Made by a program: the position numbers and the translations under genes | Notes under the pieces: model-generated | What the model was told of the DNA's origin: nothing | Database searches by the model: none | Seen by the model: the letters and a program-made list of their open reading frames with translations, nothing else | In this document: positions 1 through 8,027 of the stretch, one piece after another | How positions within the stretch are numbered: the first letter of the stretch is position 1 | Layout: each line of letters starts with the position of its first letter | Assembly: GCA_038200025.1 (NCBI GenBank) | Contig: JBBPYJ010000197.1 | Location: forward strand, 1 to 38,828 | Source of the DNA: Propionibacteriales bacterium | Lineage (GTDB): Bacteria; Actinomycetota; Actinomycetes; Propionibacteriales; Nocardioidaceae | Direction of reading: 5' to 3' | Length of the DNA: 38,828 bases

Positions 1-79
1 GCCCGAGGAGCCCTTGTGGGGTTGGAGAATCGGAGTTACCACAACCTCGATTCGAACCCGACAAGGGAGCACCTCGGAA

Positions 80-234
80 GTGAAAGCCTCTCACACGATT
101 GTCCCGAAGTTCGATGACCCGAACCTGGTGGGTTCGGCGGGTCTTGTTCCGGCCTTGTTGCTGGGTCGCGCCGCGGGACTTGATGACCTCGCTGCCCAGC
201 ACCTGGGCGTGGACTCCCCGAACGCCGCGGCTAA
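80..234 (+). pseudogene. IS1380-family transposase, N-terminal stub truncated by ISAzo13
   Basis: GTG at 80 gives MKASHTIVPKFDDPNLVGSAGLVPALLLGRAAGLDDLAAQHLGVDSPNAAAK, matching the actinobacterial IS1380 N-terminus (FDDPNLVxxAGLVP). It is preceded by a long imperfect hairpin (about 3-77), and similarity stops at the ISAzo13 end. Confidence 0.8.
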
Positions 235-1536
235 GGGCCCGCGAAGAATCAGTGTGGGTTGGGGTCGGGCGTGTCGGTGGGGTGGATGGTGTAGTTCCAT
301 TCGCCGTGGAATTCGTGGCGGGTCAGGGGTAGAGCTTCGATCTCGGCCTTGCTGTAACGCAGGCCGATGGGGTACTGGTCGGTGTCCAGGACGCAGTGGA
401 CGCTGAGCCCGGTCTCGGTGGTGGTTGCGCTGATGAGATCGACGATGACTTGGTGGGTGATGAGGGGTCGTCCCCGCCAGTTCATGGTGATCTGGGAGAA
501 CAGTCGGTGTTCGATCTGGTTCCACTTGCTGGTCCCGGGCGGGAAGTGACACACCGTGATCTCTAGCCCGGTCTGGGCGGCGAACTTCGCGAGCTCGATC
601 TTCCAGGCCCGGATCCGGTACCCGTTGGACCCACCGCCGTCAGCGCAGATCAGCAGCCGGCGCGCCTGGGCGTACCGGGTCTTGCCCACGGTGTCCCACC
701 AGCGGCGCAAGGTCTGCACGGCGAACGCGGAGGTGTCGTGGTCGACTCCGACCGAGACCCAGCCGGTGTTGGCTGAGACGTCGTAGATGCCGTATGGAAT
801 GGCTTTCCCAAGGTCCTTGTCGGGGAAGTCGTGGACCTGGACGCGTTCTGGTTCACCGGCTGGTTGGTACTCGCGTCCGTTGTTCTTGAAGTCGCCGACG
901 AGTTCCTTCTTCTTGGTGTCGACCGACACGACCGGTTGCCCAGCGCCAGCGTGCTCGGCGACGACGTTGTTGAGGTAGGTGAACTGGGCGTCGCGGTCCT
1001 GGTGTTGGCGTCCCTCGGTGACTTTCGCGTTGCCCTGCAGGCTGAACCCAAGGTCATGCAACAGCCCGGCGACGGTGCGGTCAGAGACCTGGTGGCCCAT
1101 TGCGACCAGTGCCGCAGCGAGCTTGCGGGTCGACTTCGTCGTCCAGGTCAGCAGCGACATCGGATCGCCACGGGTCTCCGGAGCCACCAGCAAGCGCAGA
1201 TCTTCCAGCAGAGCCGTGTCAGTCGTAGCCAGCTTCTTCCGCCCACCACCAGTAGCGCGGACCCGAGGCGTCACCTTGATCTCACCGGAGACCTCACGGA
1301 CTCCGCGCGCGACCGTATCGGGGTGGACCCCGGTCGCGGCCGCGATGGCCTTGATCCCACCCCGACCCATCTCGGTGGCCTCCAGACCCAGGACCAGACG
1401 CCGTTGCCGCTCATCGAGATGAGGGCGAAGCAACGTGTACTTACGCGCAGCAGACTCCGCGACCTCGGCCATCACTGACATAGCAGAACCGTAGACCGCT
1501 CAAGCCCATGAACCTATGTTATTTCTGCGCGAGTCC
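235..1536 (-). mobile_element. ISAzo13-family insertion sequence
   Basis: Imperfect terminal IRs: GGGCCCGCGAAGAAT (235-249) versus the reverse complement of the right end, GGACTCGCGCAGAAA (11/15 match). TAA flanks both sides (232-234, 1537-1539). Encloses a single transposase ORF. Confidence 0.88.
249..1481 (-). CDS. ISAzo13-family DDE transposase (410 aa)
   Basis: Motifs GDPMSLLTWT, VSVDTKKKELVG, HDFPD, PYGIYD, ADGGGSNG and PPGTSKWNQIEHRLFS; ORF intact. Confidence 0.95.
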   Translation of the reverse strand: MSVMAEVAESAARKYTLLRPHLDERQRRLVLGLEATEMGRGGIKAIAAATGVHPDTVARGVREVSGEIKVTPRVRATGGGRKKLATTDTALLEDLRLLVAPETRGDPMSLLTWTTKSTRKLAAALVAMGHQVSDRTVAGLLHDLGFSLQGNAKVTEGRQHQDRDAQFTYLNNVVAEHAGAGQPVVSVDTKKKELVGDFKNNGREYQPAGEPERVQVHDFPDKDLGKAIPYGIYDVSANTGWVSVGVDHDTSAFAVQTLRRWWDTVGKTRYAQARRLLICADGGGSNGYRIRAWKIELAKFAAQTGLEITVCHFPPGTSKWNQIEHRLFSQITMNWRGRPLITHQVIVDLISATTTETGLSVHCVLDTDQYPIGLRYSKAEIEALPLTRHEFHGEWNYTIHPTDTPDPNPH

Positions 1537-1971
1537 TAAGTCAACACCTGGACTAAGTGCCCATCTTCGGGACCTACGGATCGCTCCAGCTTTCGGTCAA
1601 AGGTCACCAGGACGGCGTCGTGGCGAGCGGCAAGATTCAGCAGGTGCCAGTCAGTGACCTGCTTGTGCCCTGCGAGGCCCATCGTGCTCACCTGCGCCGA
1701 GCCGAGGCTGGAATCGTCGACCAGGAAGACCGCCCGGAGATCTTGCCTTATCGCGAGCAGGATGCGAGCGCCTGCTGGACCGCGATCTTTTCGCCGACCA
1801 CGTTCGGGTTGAGGAGCAGGCGCACCAGCCCGCTTTCGGTGACGGGAGTCGTCGCGTAGCGCTGGACCTCGCCGAGCCCACCGGTGTGCCTGGCGGTGGG
1901 ACACATGGGTTGCATTGGTGAGCGCGATCAGCACGTTGACGTCGGGCAGCAGCGAGCCTCGACTTAGGCAT
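1536..1971 (-). pseudogene. vapC: VapC PIN-domain toxin (VapC39/Rv2530c-like), frameshifted
   Basis: Reconstruction across frames gives LLPDVNVLIAL..H..H..AHRW|LGEVQRYATTPVTESGLVRLLLNP...|ILLAIRQD...GHKQVTDWHLLNLAARHDAVLVTFD. Indels lie at about 1953, 1878 and 1764. The ATG at 1971 overlaps the antitoxin end (GATGCCTAA). Confidence 0.85.
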
Positions 1972-2155
1972 CGTTGAGAGCGTCCTCAACCATCTCGAGG
2001 GTGATGACGTGGCCCTCGACTCCCGGAAGAACAGGGAAGCCAACTGTATTCGGGATGGCGGCCGTCTCAGCCTCGTAGCCAATCAAAGCTAGTTCGGACA
2101 CGGCCTGTCCGATCGAGATCCCGTGACGGTGTGCCCGGCTGCGGGCCGCCGCGAG
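1964..2155 (-). pseudogene. vapB: VapB antitoxin (VapB39/Rv2530A-like), 5'-truncated
   Basis: Frame absent from the ORF track: LAAARSRAHRHGISIGQAVSELALIG...GFPVLPGVEGHVITLEMVEDALNDA*. The expected MRTTLxIDD start is missing and an in-frame TAG lies at 2156-2158. Confidence 0.75.
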
Positions 2156-2193
2156 CTACGGGGGCGCCCTCAAAGACGGCACGAGTCTCAACC

Positions 2194-2565
2194 TCAGCTA
2201 GAGAGTGAGTCGCCGTACGTCGCGGTCAGCCCGCCGCCCACATCACCGGTGTTGACGACCCCGGCTGGCTCGAGCAAGAGCGCGTGGACCTCGCCTTGCG
2301 CGATCGGGCAGTGCTCAACGCCCCGCGGCACGACGTACAGCTGGCCGGGATTGAGAACCACATCTCCGTCACGCAACTGAATCGTCAAGCAGCCCTGGAG
2401 CACGAGGAACAGTTCGTCAGTGTCGTCGTGGGTGTGCCAGACGAATTCACCTTGGACTTTGACGACCTTGATCTCGTAGTCGTTCAGCTTCGCTACCACC
2501 TTCGGTGACCAGTGGTCGGTGAAGTTCGAGAGCCGTTCGGCGAGGTCGACAGGCTGGTACGTCAT
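2194..2565 (-). CDS. Cupin domain protein (small, mannose-6-phosphate isomerase-like fold)
   Basis: DHWSPKVVAKLNDYEIKVVKVQGEFVWHTHDDTDELFLV...VVPRGVEHCP; GGAGG RBS ahead of the ATG at 2565. Confidence 0.9.
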   Translation of the reverse strand: MTYQPVDLAERLSNFTDHWSPKVVAKLNDYEIKVVKVQGEFVWHTHDDTDELFLVLQGCLTIQLRDGDVVLNPGQLYVVPRGVEHCPIAQGEVHALLLEPAGVVNTGDVGGGLTATYGDSLSS

Positions 2566-2621
2566 GGGGACCATCCTCCCCTGTGGACGCCGGCAGCCCC
2601 GGCCTGCCTACGATCGGTCGC

Positions 2622-3338
2622 ATGCTCAAGCGACTTGCGCGTTCCGCGCGTACCCCGGCCATGGTTGCTACGACCCTCCTCTGCCTCTCGCTGACGGCCT
2701 GCGGCAGTGAGGAAGACGTTGCGGACCTCGCCGGTGACACACCGACCAGCGAGCCAACCGACTCCGAGGCCGCGACTGCCGCTGCGGCGGCGCAGTGCGA
2801 CTATCCCACCGACGGTCAGCCGGCCGCCAAGGAAGTTGACCCGCCGCTGGCCGAGGCCGCCGACGAGCAGGCCACCGTTACCCTGACCACCTCCGCGGGC
2901 GACCTCACCGCCGACCTGGATGGTGCTAAGGCCCCGTGCACGGTCAACAGCTTCTTGTCGCTGGCCAAACAGGGGTACTTCGGCAACACGACCTGTCACC
3001 GGCTCACCACCGATGGCATCTTCGTCCTGCAGTGCGGAGACCCCACCGGCACCGGCCAGGGCGGACCGGGCTACTCGTTTGCCGACGAGCTCAGCGGCTC
3101 GGAGACCTACGGCCCGGGCACGCTGGCGATGGCCAATGCCGGGCCGAACACGAACGGCTCGCAATTCTTCCTGGTGTACGACGAGTCGCCGCTGCCCCCG
3201 AGCTACACCGTCTTCGGCGAGATGGACGCCGAAAGCCTCGCGACCTTGAAGGGCATCGGATCCGAGGGCACCACCGACGGCGGACCTGACGGAGCCCCCA
3301 AGAAGCCTGTCGACATTGAGAGCGTGTCCATCTCCTGA
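2622..3338 (+). CDS. Cyclophilin-type peptidyl-prolyl cis-trans isomerase, predicted lipoprotein
   Basis: Signal peptide with lipobox LTAC; motifs CHRL, QCGDPTGTGQGGPGY, LAMANAGPNTNGSQFF and YTVFG. Confidence 0.93.
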   Translation: MLKRLARSARTPAMVATTLLCLSLTACGSEEDVADLAGDTPTSEPTDSEAATAAAAAQCDYPTDGQPAAKEVDPPLAEAADEQATVTLTTSAGDLTADLDGAKAPCTVNSFLSLAKQGYFGNTTCHRLTTDGIFVLQCGDPTGTGQGGPGYSFADELSGSETYGPGTLAMANAGPNTNGSQFFLVYDESPLPPSYTVFGEMDAESLATLKGIGSEGTTDGGPDGAPKKPVDIESVSIS

Positions 3339-3370
3339 GCCCCGAGCACCGAATCCGCCCCGACCGTGGG

Positions 3371-3429
3371 TAGTCCCTAGCGTTTGGCACGATTTTCCCG
3401 CTCGGAATGGTGCCGTTTGCTAGGGACTA
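3371..3429. terminator. Long hairpin (REP-like or bidirectional terminator) between convergent genes
   Basis: TAGTCCCTAGC (3371-3381) and GCTAGGGACTA (3419-3429) form a perfect 11-bp stem, with inner GGCAC/GTGCC and TTCC/GGAA pairs. Confidence 0.6.
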
Positions 3430-3494
3430 TCAGATCTGGGGCCGGTCCGGGGCCTAGGCTGGGGGCTGGGGGCTGGGGGCTGGCTGAGCGGCCG

Positions 3495-3995
3495 TCAGTC
3501 CGTGCTGCAGTCGACCTCAGCTTCGGCAGCTGGTTCGGCCTCGGGATACGTCACCTCGGCGCCGACCTGGACGGTTCGCGCAACCGTACAGAGTCGGTCG
3601 CGCACCATCGCCAGAGCGCGGGGAAGGACTTCGCGGGCTTTGTCGCCGTCCTCGCCCTCAGGGAAGGTCAGGTCGAAGGACACCCGCAGGTCGACCATCC
3701 GGCTGCCGTGCTCGTCGCGCACCTTGTGGCCCTCGGCGCGGACGTCGAAGCCGAGGGTGGGCGCACGCTTGCCGGTGATCGACTCGGCATCGATAGCGCT
3801 GCAGCCGGCGATGGCTGCCAGCAGCAGCTCGACCGGACTGAAGTCCGGATCATCGCCAGGGCCGATCGGCACGAGTCCCCCGCGACCGTTGAGCGCCTTG
3901 TAGCGACCTTCACCGATGCGGACGAGATCGATGGCCCGCAGGGTGGACCCGTCGGACTGGGAATCGGACTGCAAGTCGGAATGGGGCTGCGTCAT
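3495..3995 (-). CDS. OsmC/Ohr family protein
   Basis: FSPVELLLAAIAGCSAID...DRLCTVARTV with the two conserved cysteines. Confidence 0.88.
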   Translation of the reverse strand: MTQPHSDLQSDSQSDGSTLRAIDLVRIGEGRYKALNGRGGLVPIGPGDDPDFSPVELLLAAIAGCSAIDAESITGKRAPTLGFDVRAEGHKVRDEHGSRMVDLRVSFDLTFPEGEDGDKAREVLPRALAMVRDRLCTVARTVQVGAEVTYPEAEPAAEAEVDCSTD

Positions 3996-4071
3996 GAGGA
4001 CACTTTGCCAGAGCCGTCGGATCGATCGACCCGATCGGCCGGCCAGGGCCGGCCATTCGGGTCAGGGTGGA

Positions 4072-4215
4072 TCAGCGGGAGAACAGGCTCCGGCGCTGAC
4101 GGGTACGACGCTTGGCCTGGCGGGCCAGGGTGACCTCGCGCAGGATGGACTGGTCCTGGTCCGAAAAGGCACGGGACTGAACGAGTCCGATGGCCAGGTG
4201 AAGCTGGGAGTTCAT
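4072..4215 (-). CDS. Small hypothetical protein (47 aa), below the ORF track cutoff
   Basis: MNSQLHLAIGLVQSRAFSDQDQSILREVTLARQAKRRTRQRRSLFSR*; GC-rich third positions, purine-rich upstream region, and it fills the intergenic gap. Confidence 0.5.
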   Translation of the reverse strand: MNSQLHLAIGLVQSRAFSDQDQSILREVTLARQAKRRTRQRRSLFSR

Positions 4216-4398
4216 GTGATTTCTCGACTTTCCGGCGGCAGATGCGGCCGATTGGTTGTCATGTTTGTCATCACTTGATGACTATTACATCCTACGTTGA
4301 CAATTATTAGAACCCACATCGCGGCCATGGTGATCTCGGCCACCCCGGACCCCGTCGGCCGATCTATGGTGAGGTTGTCCCATGAACCAGGCTGCACC

Positions 4399-5934
4399 TT
4401 GACAAGAGCACGCGTCGCCGTGGCCGCGACCGGGCGGCAAGCCCTCGAGGCAGGGCTAGGAGTAGCTGCCGATGGCGGCGGTGCGGTCGACGCCGCGATG
4501 GCTGCCGCGTTCGTGGCGTTGTCCACCGAGCCGGGGATGGTGAGCCTCGGTGGCGGTGCCTACATCAACGTCTGGCCCGCGGGCGGCGACCCCGTGGTCA
4601 TCGACGGCAACGTCGAGATGCCGGGGCGTGGTGCGCCCGCCGAGGCCTTCGGATCGGGGGTCCGCGAGGTCCGATCGGCGTACGGCGGCGGGGTCACCAT
4701 GCACGCCGGGCACGGGTCGGTCGGCACTCCCGGCATCGTGCCGGCGATGGCGCTGGTCCACGACTCCTACGCCCGCCTGCCCTGGGCCCGCTTGTTGGCT
4801 CCCGCAACCGCGGCCACCCGCGAGGGTTACCCGATGAGCCCGGCGGCCTCGCGCTACCTCGCCTTCACCGCCGAGACGTTGTTCGGTCCCGACCCCGAGG
4901 CCTATTCGCTGGTGACCGACTCTGCCGGCGGGGTGCTCCTAGGCGGCGCCGCGACTCGCAACGAAGCACTCGGCGACGTGCTCGACGAGCTCGCCGTCGA
5001 AGGTCCCGACCTCTTCATCACTGGACGCGTCGGTCGGGCGCTGCTCGACGACATGGCCGGGCGTGGACTGATCACCGCAGCCGATCTGGCGGCGTACTCG
5101 CCCGTCGTCCGGCCGGCCCACACCGTGGACATCGGCGACTGGACCGCGGCCCTCAATCCACCGCCGGCGGTGGGTGGGGTGGTTCTCGCGGTGATGCTCG
5201 GCGAACTGGCCCGGCGCGGCCACTGGACCTGGGCCGACGCGATCGAGGTCCAAAGAAGCGTGCTGGCCTACCGACTGGCCGTCCACGACCACTCCCAAGA
5301 TCTCGAGGCCGACGGGCTCGCGATGTTGGCGACAGTCGACGAGCGCGGTCTGGCCGGGCTGGCGGGCTCGTCCTCGACCGCGCACATCTCCGCGGTCGAC
5401 AACGACGGGAACGCCTGCGCGATCACGATGAGCAGCGGCTACAGCGCCGGCATGTGCATCCCGGGCACTGGGGTCCTGCTGAACAACTGCCTGGGCGAGG
5501 TGGAGCTCAACCGACTCGGTCTGCATGCTATGCCCCCCGGAACGCGACTGGCCTCTAACATGGCACCGACGACCGCGCGGACCGCCGACGGCCGGGTGAT
5601 AGCGGTCGGCTCCCCCGGCGCCGACCGGATCACCAGCGCGCTGATGCTGGTGATGGGGCAGGGGTTCCTCCACGACGCAGACCTGCGGGAGGCGATCGAC
5701 GACCCCCGCCTGCACCTGCGCCTGGGAAAAAGCGGCCAGTTCGTCGTCGAGCACGAGGCGGATGCCGGTATCGAGGCCGCGGTGGCTGCCGCTGGGCTGG
5801 CCAGTCATGAGTACGCCGAGCCGCATATGTACTTCGGCGGGGTCGGTGCCGCACTGCGCGATGTCAGCGGCAACCTGACCGCAGCCGGTGACCACCGGCT
5901 GGCTGCCGCGGTCGGAGTTTCCCAGCCCGACTAG
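4399..5934 (+). CDS. Gamma-glutamyltransferase family protein (Ntn hydrolase)
   Basis: GGGAVDAAMAAAF..EPGMVSLGGG, SVGTPG, nucleophile Thr in SSTAHISAVD, GVLLNN, GSPGADRI. Start at TTG 4399 is uncertain. Confidence 0.88.
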   Translation: MTRARVAVAATGRQALEAGLGVAADGGGAVDAAMAAAFVALSTEPGMVSLGGGAYINVWPAGGDPVVIDGNVEMPGRGAPAEAFGSGVREVRSAYGGGVTMHAGHGSVGTPGIVPAMALVHDSYARLPWARLLAPATAATREGYPMSPAASRYLAFTAETLFGPDPEAYSLVTDSAGGVLLGGAATRNEALGDVLDELAVEGPDLFITGRVGRALLDDMAGRGLITAADLAAYSPVVRPAHTVDIGDWTAALNPPPAVGGVVLAVMLGELARRGHWTWADAIEVQRSVLAYRLAVHDHSQDLEADGLAMLATVDERGLAGLAGSSSTAHISAVDNDGNACAITMSSGYSAGMCIPGTGVLLNNCLGEVELNRLGLHAMPPGTRLASNMAPTTARTADGRVIAVGSPGADRITSALMLVMGQGFLHDADLREAIDDPRLHLRLGKSGQFVVEHEADAGIEAAVAAAGLASHEYAEPHMYFGGVGAALRDVSGNLTAAGDHRLAAAVGVSQPD

Positions 5935-6036
5935 ATCCAACCGGGTCACGTCTAAAATTCACACCATCGGCGTGCAAGACTTGAGACAGGGGTCACAGGG
6001 GCCCTATATTCCTGCTGCCTTTGGAGAGTCCGCCTG

Positions 6037-6492
6037 ATGTCCATCACCTCCGCGACCGATCGGGTCGCCCTGGTGCGCGCTATCGCCACCCAACATGCCG
6101 ATATCCGCGGCCCGCTGATGCCGGTGCTCCACGAGGTCCTCGCGGACTTCGGCCACATCTCGCGCGGTGACGTGGAGGTGATCGCCGATGTGCTCAACCT
6201 GTCGGTCGCCGACGTCCACGGCGTCGTCACCTTCTACAACGACTTCCGTACCACCGAGGCGCCGGCCCACACCGTGGCGCTGTGCCGCGGCGAGGCATGC
6301 CAATCGGTCGGCGCCGAGGAGTTGTACGACGCCACCCACGCCCGAGCCGGCGAACTCGGCGACAGCGTCGAGGTAGACGAGATCTTCTGCTTCGGAAACT
6401 GCGCCCTCGGTCCCTCCGGGATGATCGACGGCCGCCTGTACGGTCGCCTGGACAGCGCCCGGATCGACGCAGTTACCAAGGACTGGCGCTGA
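6037..6492 (+). CDS. fdsG: NAD-dependent formate dehydrogenase gamma subunit (NuoE-like, 2Fe-2S)
   Basis: LNLSVADVHGVVTFYNDF, CRGEAC and CFGNCALGP; first gene of a translationally coupled operon. Confidence 0.92.
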   Translation: MSITSATDRVALVRAIATQHADIRGPLMPVLHEVLADFGHISRGDVEVIADVLNLSVADVHGVVTFYNDFRTTEAPAHTVALCRGEACQSVGAEELYDATHARAGELGDSVEVDEIFCFGNCALGPSGMIDGRLYGRLDSARIDAVTKDWR

Positions 6493-8027
6493 TGACCACG
6501 GTCTACGTCCCGGGCGACGCTGCCGCCTGCGCGGTCGGCGCCGAAGAGGTCGCGGCCGCGTTCGAGGCGGGCGGTTTCACCGTCATCCGCAACGGCTCGC
6601 GCGGGATGCTGTGGCTGGAGCCGCTGGTCGAGGTCGTCACTGAGAACGGTCGGGTCGGATTCGCAGGCGTCGACACCGACGGCGCTGCGGCGATGCTGGA
6701 CGCCGGGCTCGACTCGATCGCTGACAACGAGCACCCGGGCCTGCCCGAGTGCATCGGCGTGGTCGACAAGCACCCCTGGCTGGCCAGGCAGCAGCGGATC
6801 AGCTTCGCCCGGGTCGGGATCGTGGACCCCGCGTCGATCGCCGACTACGAGAGCCACGGTGGTTGGGCCGGGCTGCGCGAGGCGCTGAGCATGACCAGAG
6901 CCGAGGTCGTCGCCGAGGTGACCGCGTCGGGTCTGCGCGGGCGCGGCGGTGCGGGGTTCCCCGCCGGGATCAAGTGGAAAACGGTCTTGGAGACCGCGGC
7001 CGACCAGAAGTTCATCGCCTGCAACTTCGACGAGGGCGACTCCGGGACGTTCGCGGACCGGATGGTCGTCGAGGGCGACCCGTTCACCCTCATCGAAGGG
7101 ATGACGATCGCCGCCTACGCGGTGGGAGCCACCGAGGGCTACGTCTACGTCCGGTCCGAATACCCGCATGCGATCGCGGCGCTGCGGCGCGCGATCGACG
7201 CGGCGTACACCAATGGCTACCTGGGCCGCGACGTCCTCGGTAGCGGGCTGAGGTTCGACCTGCACGTGCGGGTGGGCGCGGGCGCCTACATCTGCGGTGA
7301 GGAGTCCTCGATGCTCGACAGCCTCGAGGGCCGTCGCGGCGAGGTGCGTGCCAAGCCGCCGATCCCGGCGATCGCCGGTCTCTTCGGCAAGCCCACGGCC
7401 GTCAACAACGTCCTCACCCTCTGTGCGGTGCCGATGGTGCTCGCGGACGGCGCAGCGGCGTACGCCGAGCTCGGCATGGGGCGCTCGCGTGGCACCCAGG
7501 TCTTCCAGCTGGCCGGCAATATCAAGCAGGGCGGCATCGTCGAGCTGCCCTTCGGGATCACCCTGGGTGAGCTGGTCAACGACTTCGGCGGTGGCACCCG
7601 GTCCGGGCGGCCGGTCCGCGCGGTGCAGGTCGGTGGCCCCCTGGGGTCCTACGTGCCGACCCACCAGTTCGACGTGCCGATGGACTACGAGGCGATGGCC
7701 GAGTCCGGCGCGATGATCGGCCACGGTGGCCTGGTGGTCTTCGACGAGACCGTTGACATGGCCAAGATGGCTCGCTTCGCGATGGAGTTCTGCTCGGCGG
7801 AGTCGTGCGGCAAGTGCACGCCGTGCCGGATCGGCTCCACCCGCGGGGTCGAGACCATCGACCGGATCATCGCCGGCCACGACGTGTCGAGAAACCTCGT
7901 GCTGCTCGACGATCTTTGCGAGACCATGACCAAGGGCTCCCTGTGCGCCATGGGCGGCCTGACACCGATGCCGGTACAAAGCGCGATCAAGCACTTCCCG
8001 CAGGACTTCGAAGGAGCAGCACGATGA
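6492..8027 (+). CDS. fdsB: NAD-dependent formate dehydrogenase beta subunit (NuoF-like, FMN/4Fe-4S)
   Basis: RNGSRGMLWLEPLVE, SGLRGRGGAGFPAGIKW, DEGDSGTFADR, GAGAYICGEE and ESCGKCTPCRIG; TGATG overlap with fdsG. Confidence 0.95.
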   Translation: MTTVYVPGDAAACAVGAEEVAAAFEAGGFTVIRNGSRGMLWLEPLVEVVTENGRVGFAGVDTDGAAAMLDAGLDSIADNEHPGLPECIGVVDKHPWLARQQRISFARVGIVDPASIADYESHGGWAGLREALSMTRAEVVAEVTASGLRGRGGAGFPAGIKWKTVLETAADQKFIACNFDEGDSGTFADRMVVEGDPFTLIEGMTIAAYAVGATEGYVYVRSEYPHAIAALRRAIDAAYTNGYLGRDVLGSGLRFDLHVRVGAGAYICGEESSMLDSLEGRRGEVRAKPPIPAIAGLFGKPTAVNNVLTLCAVPMVLADGAAAYAELGMGRSRGTQVFQLAGNIKQGGIVELPFGITLGELVNDFGGGTRSGRPVRAVQVGGPLGSYVPTHQFDVPMDYEAMAESGAMIGHGGLVVFDETVDMAKMARFAMEFCSAESCGKCTPCRIGSTRGVETIDRIIAGHDVSRNLVLLDDLCETMTKGSLCAMGGLTPMPVQSAIKHFPQDFEGAAR

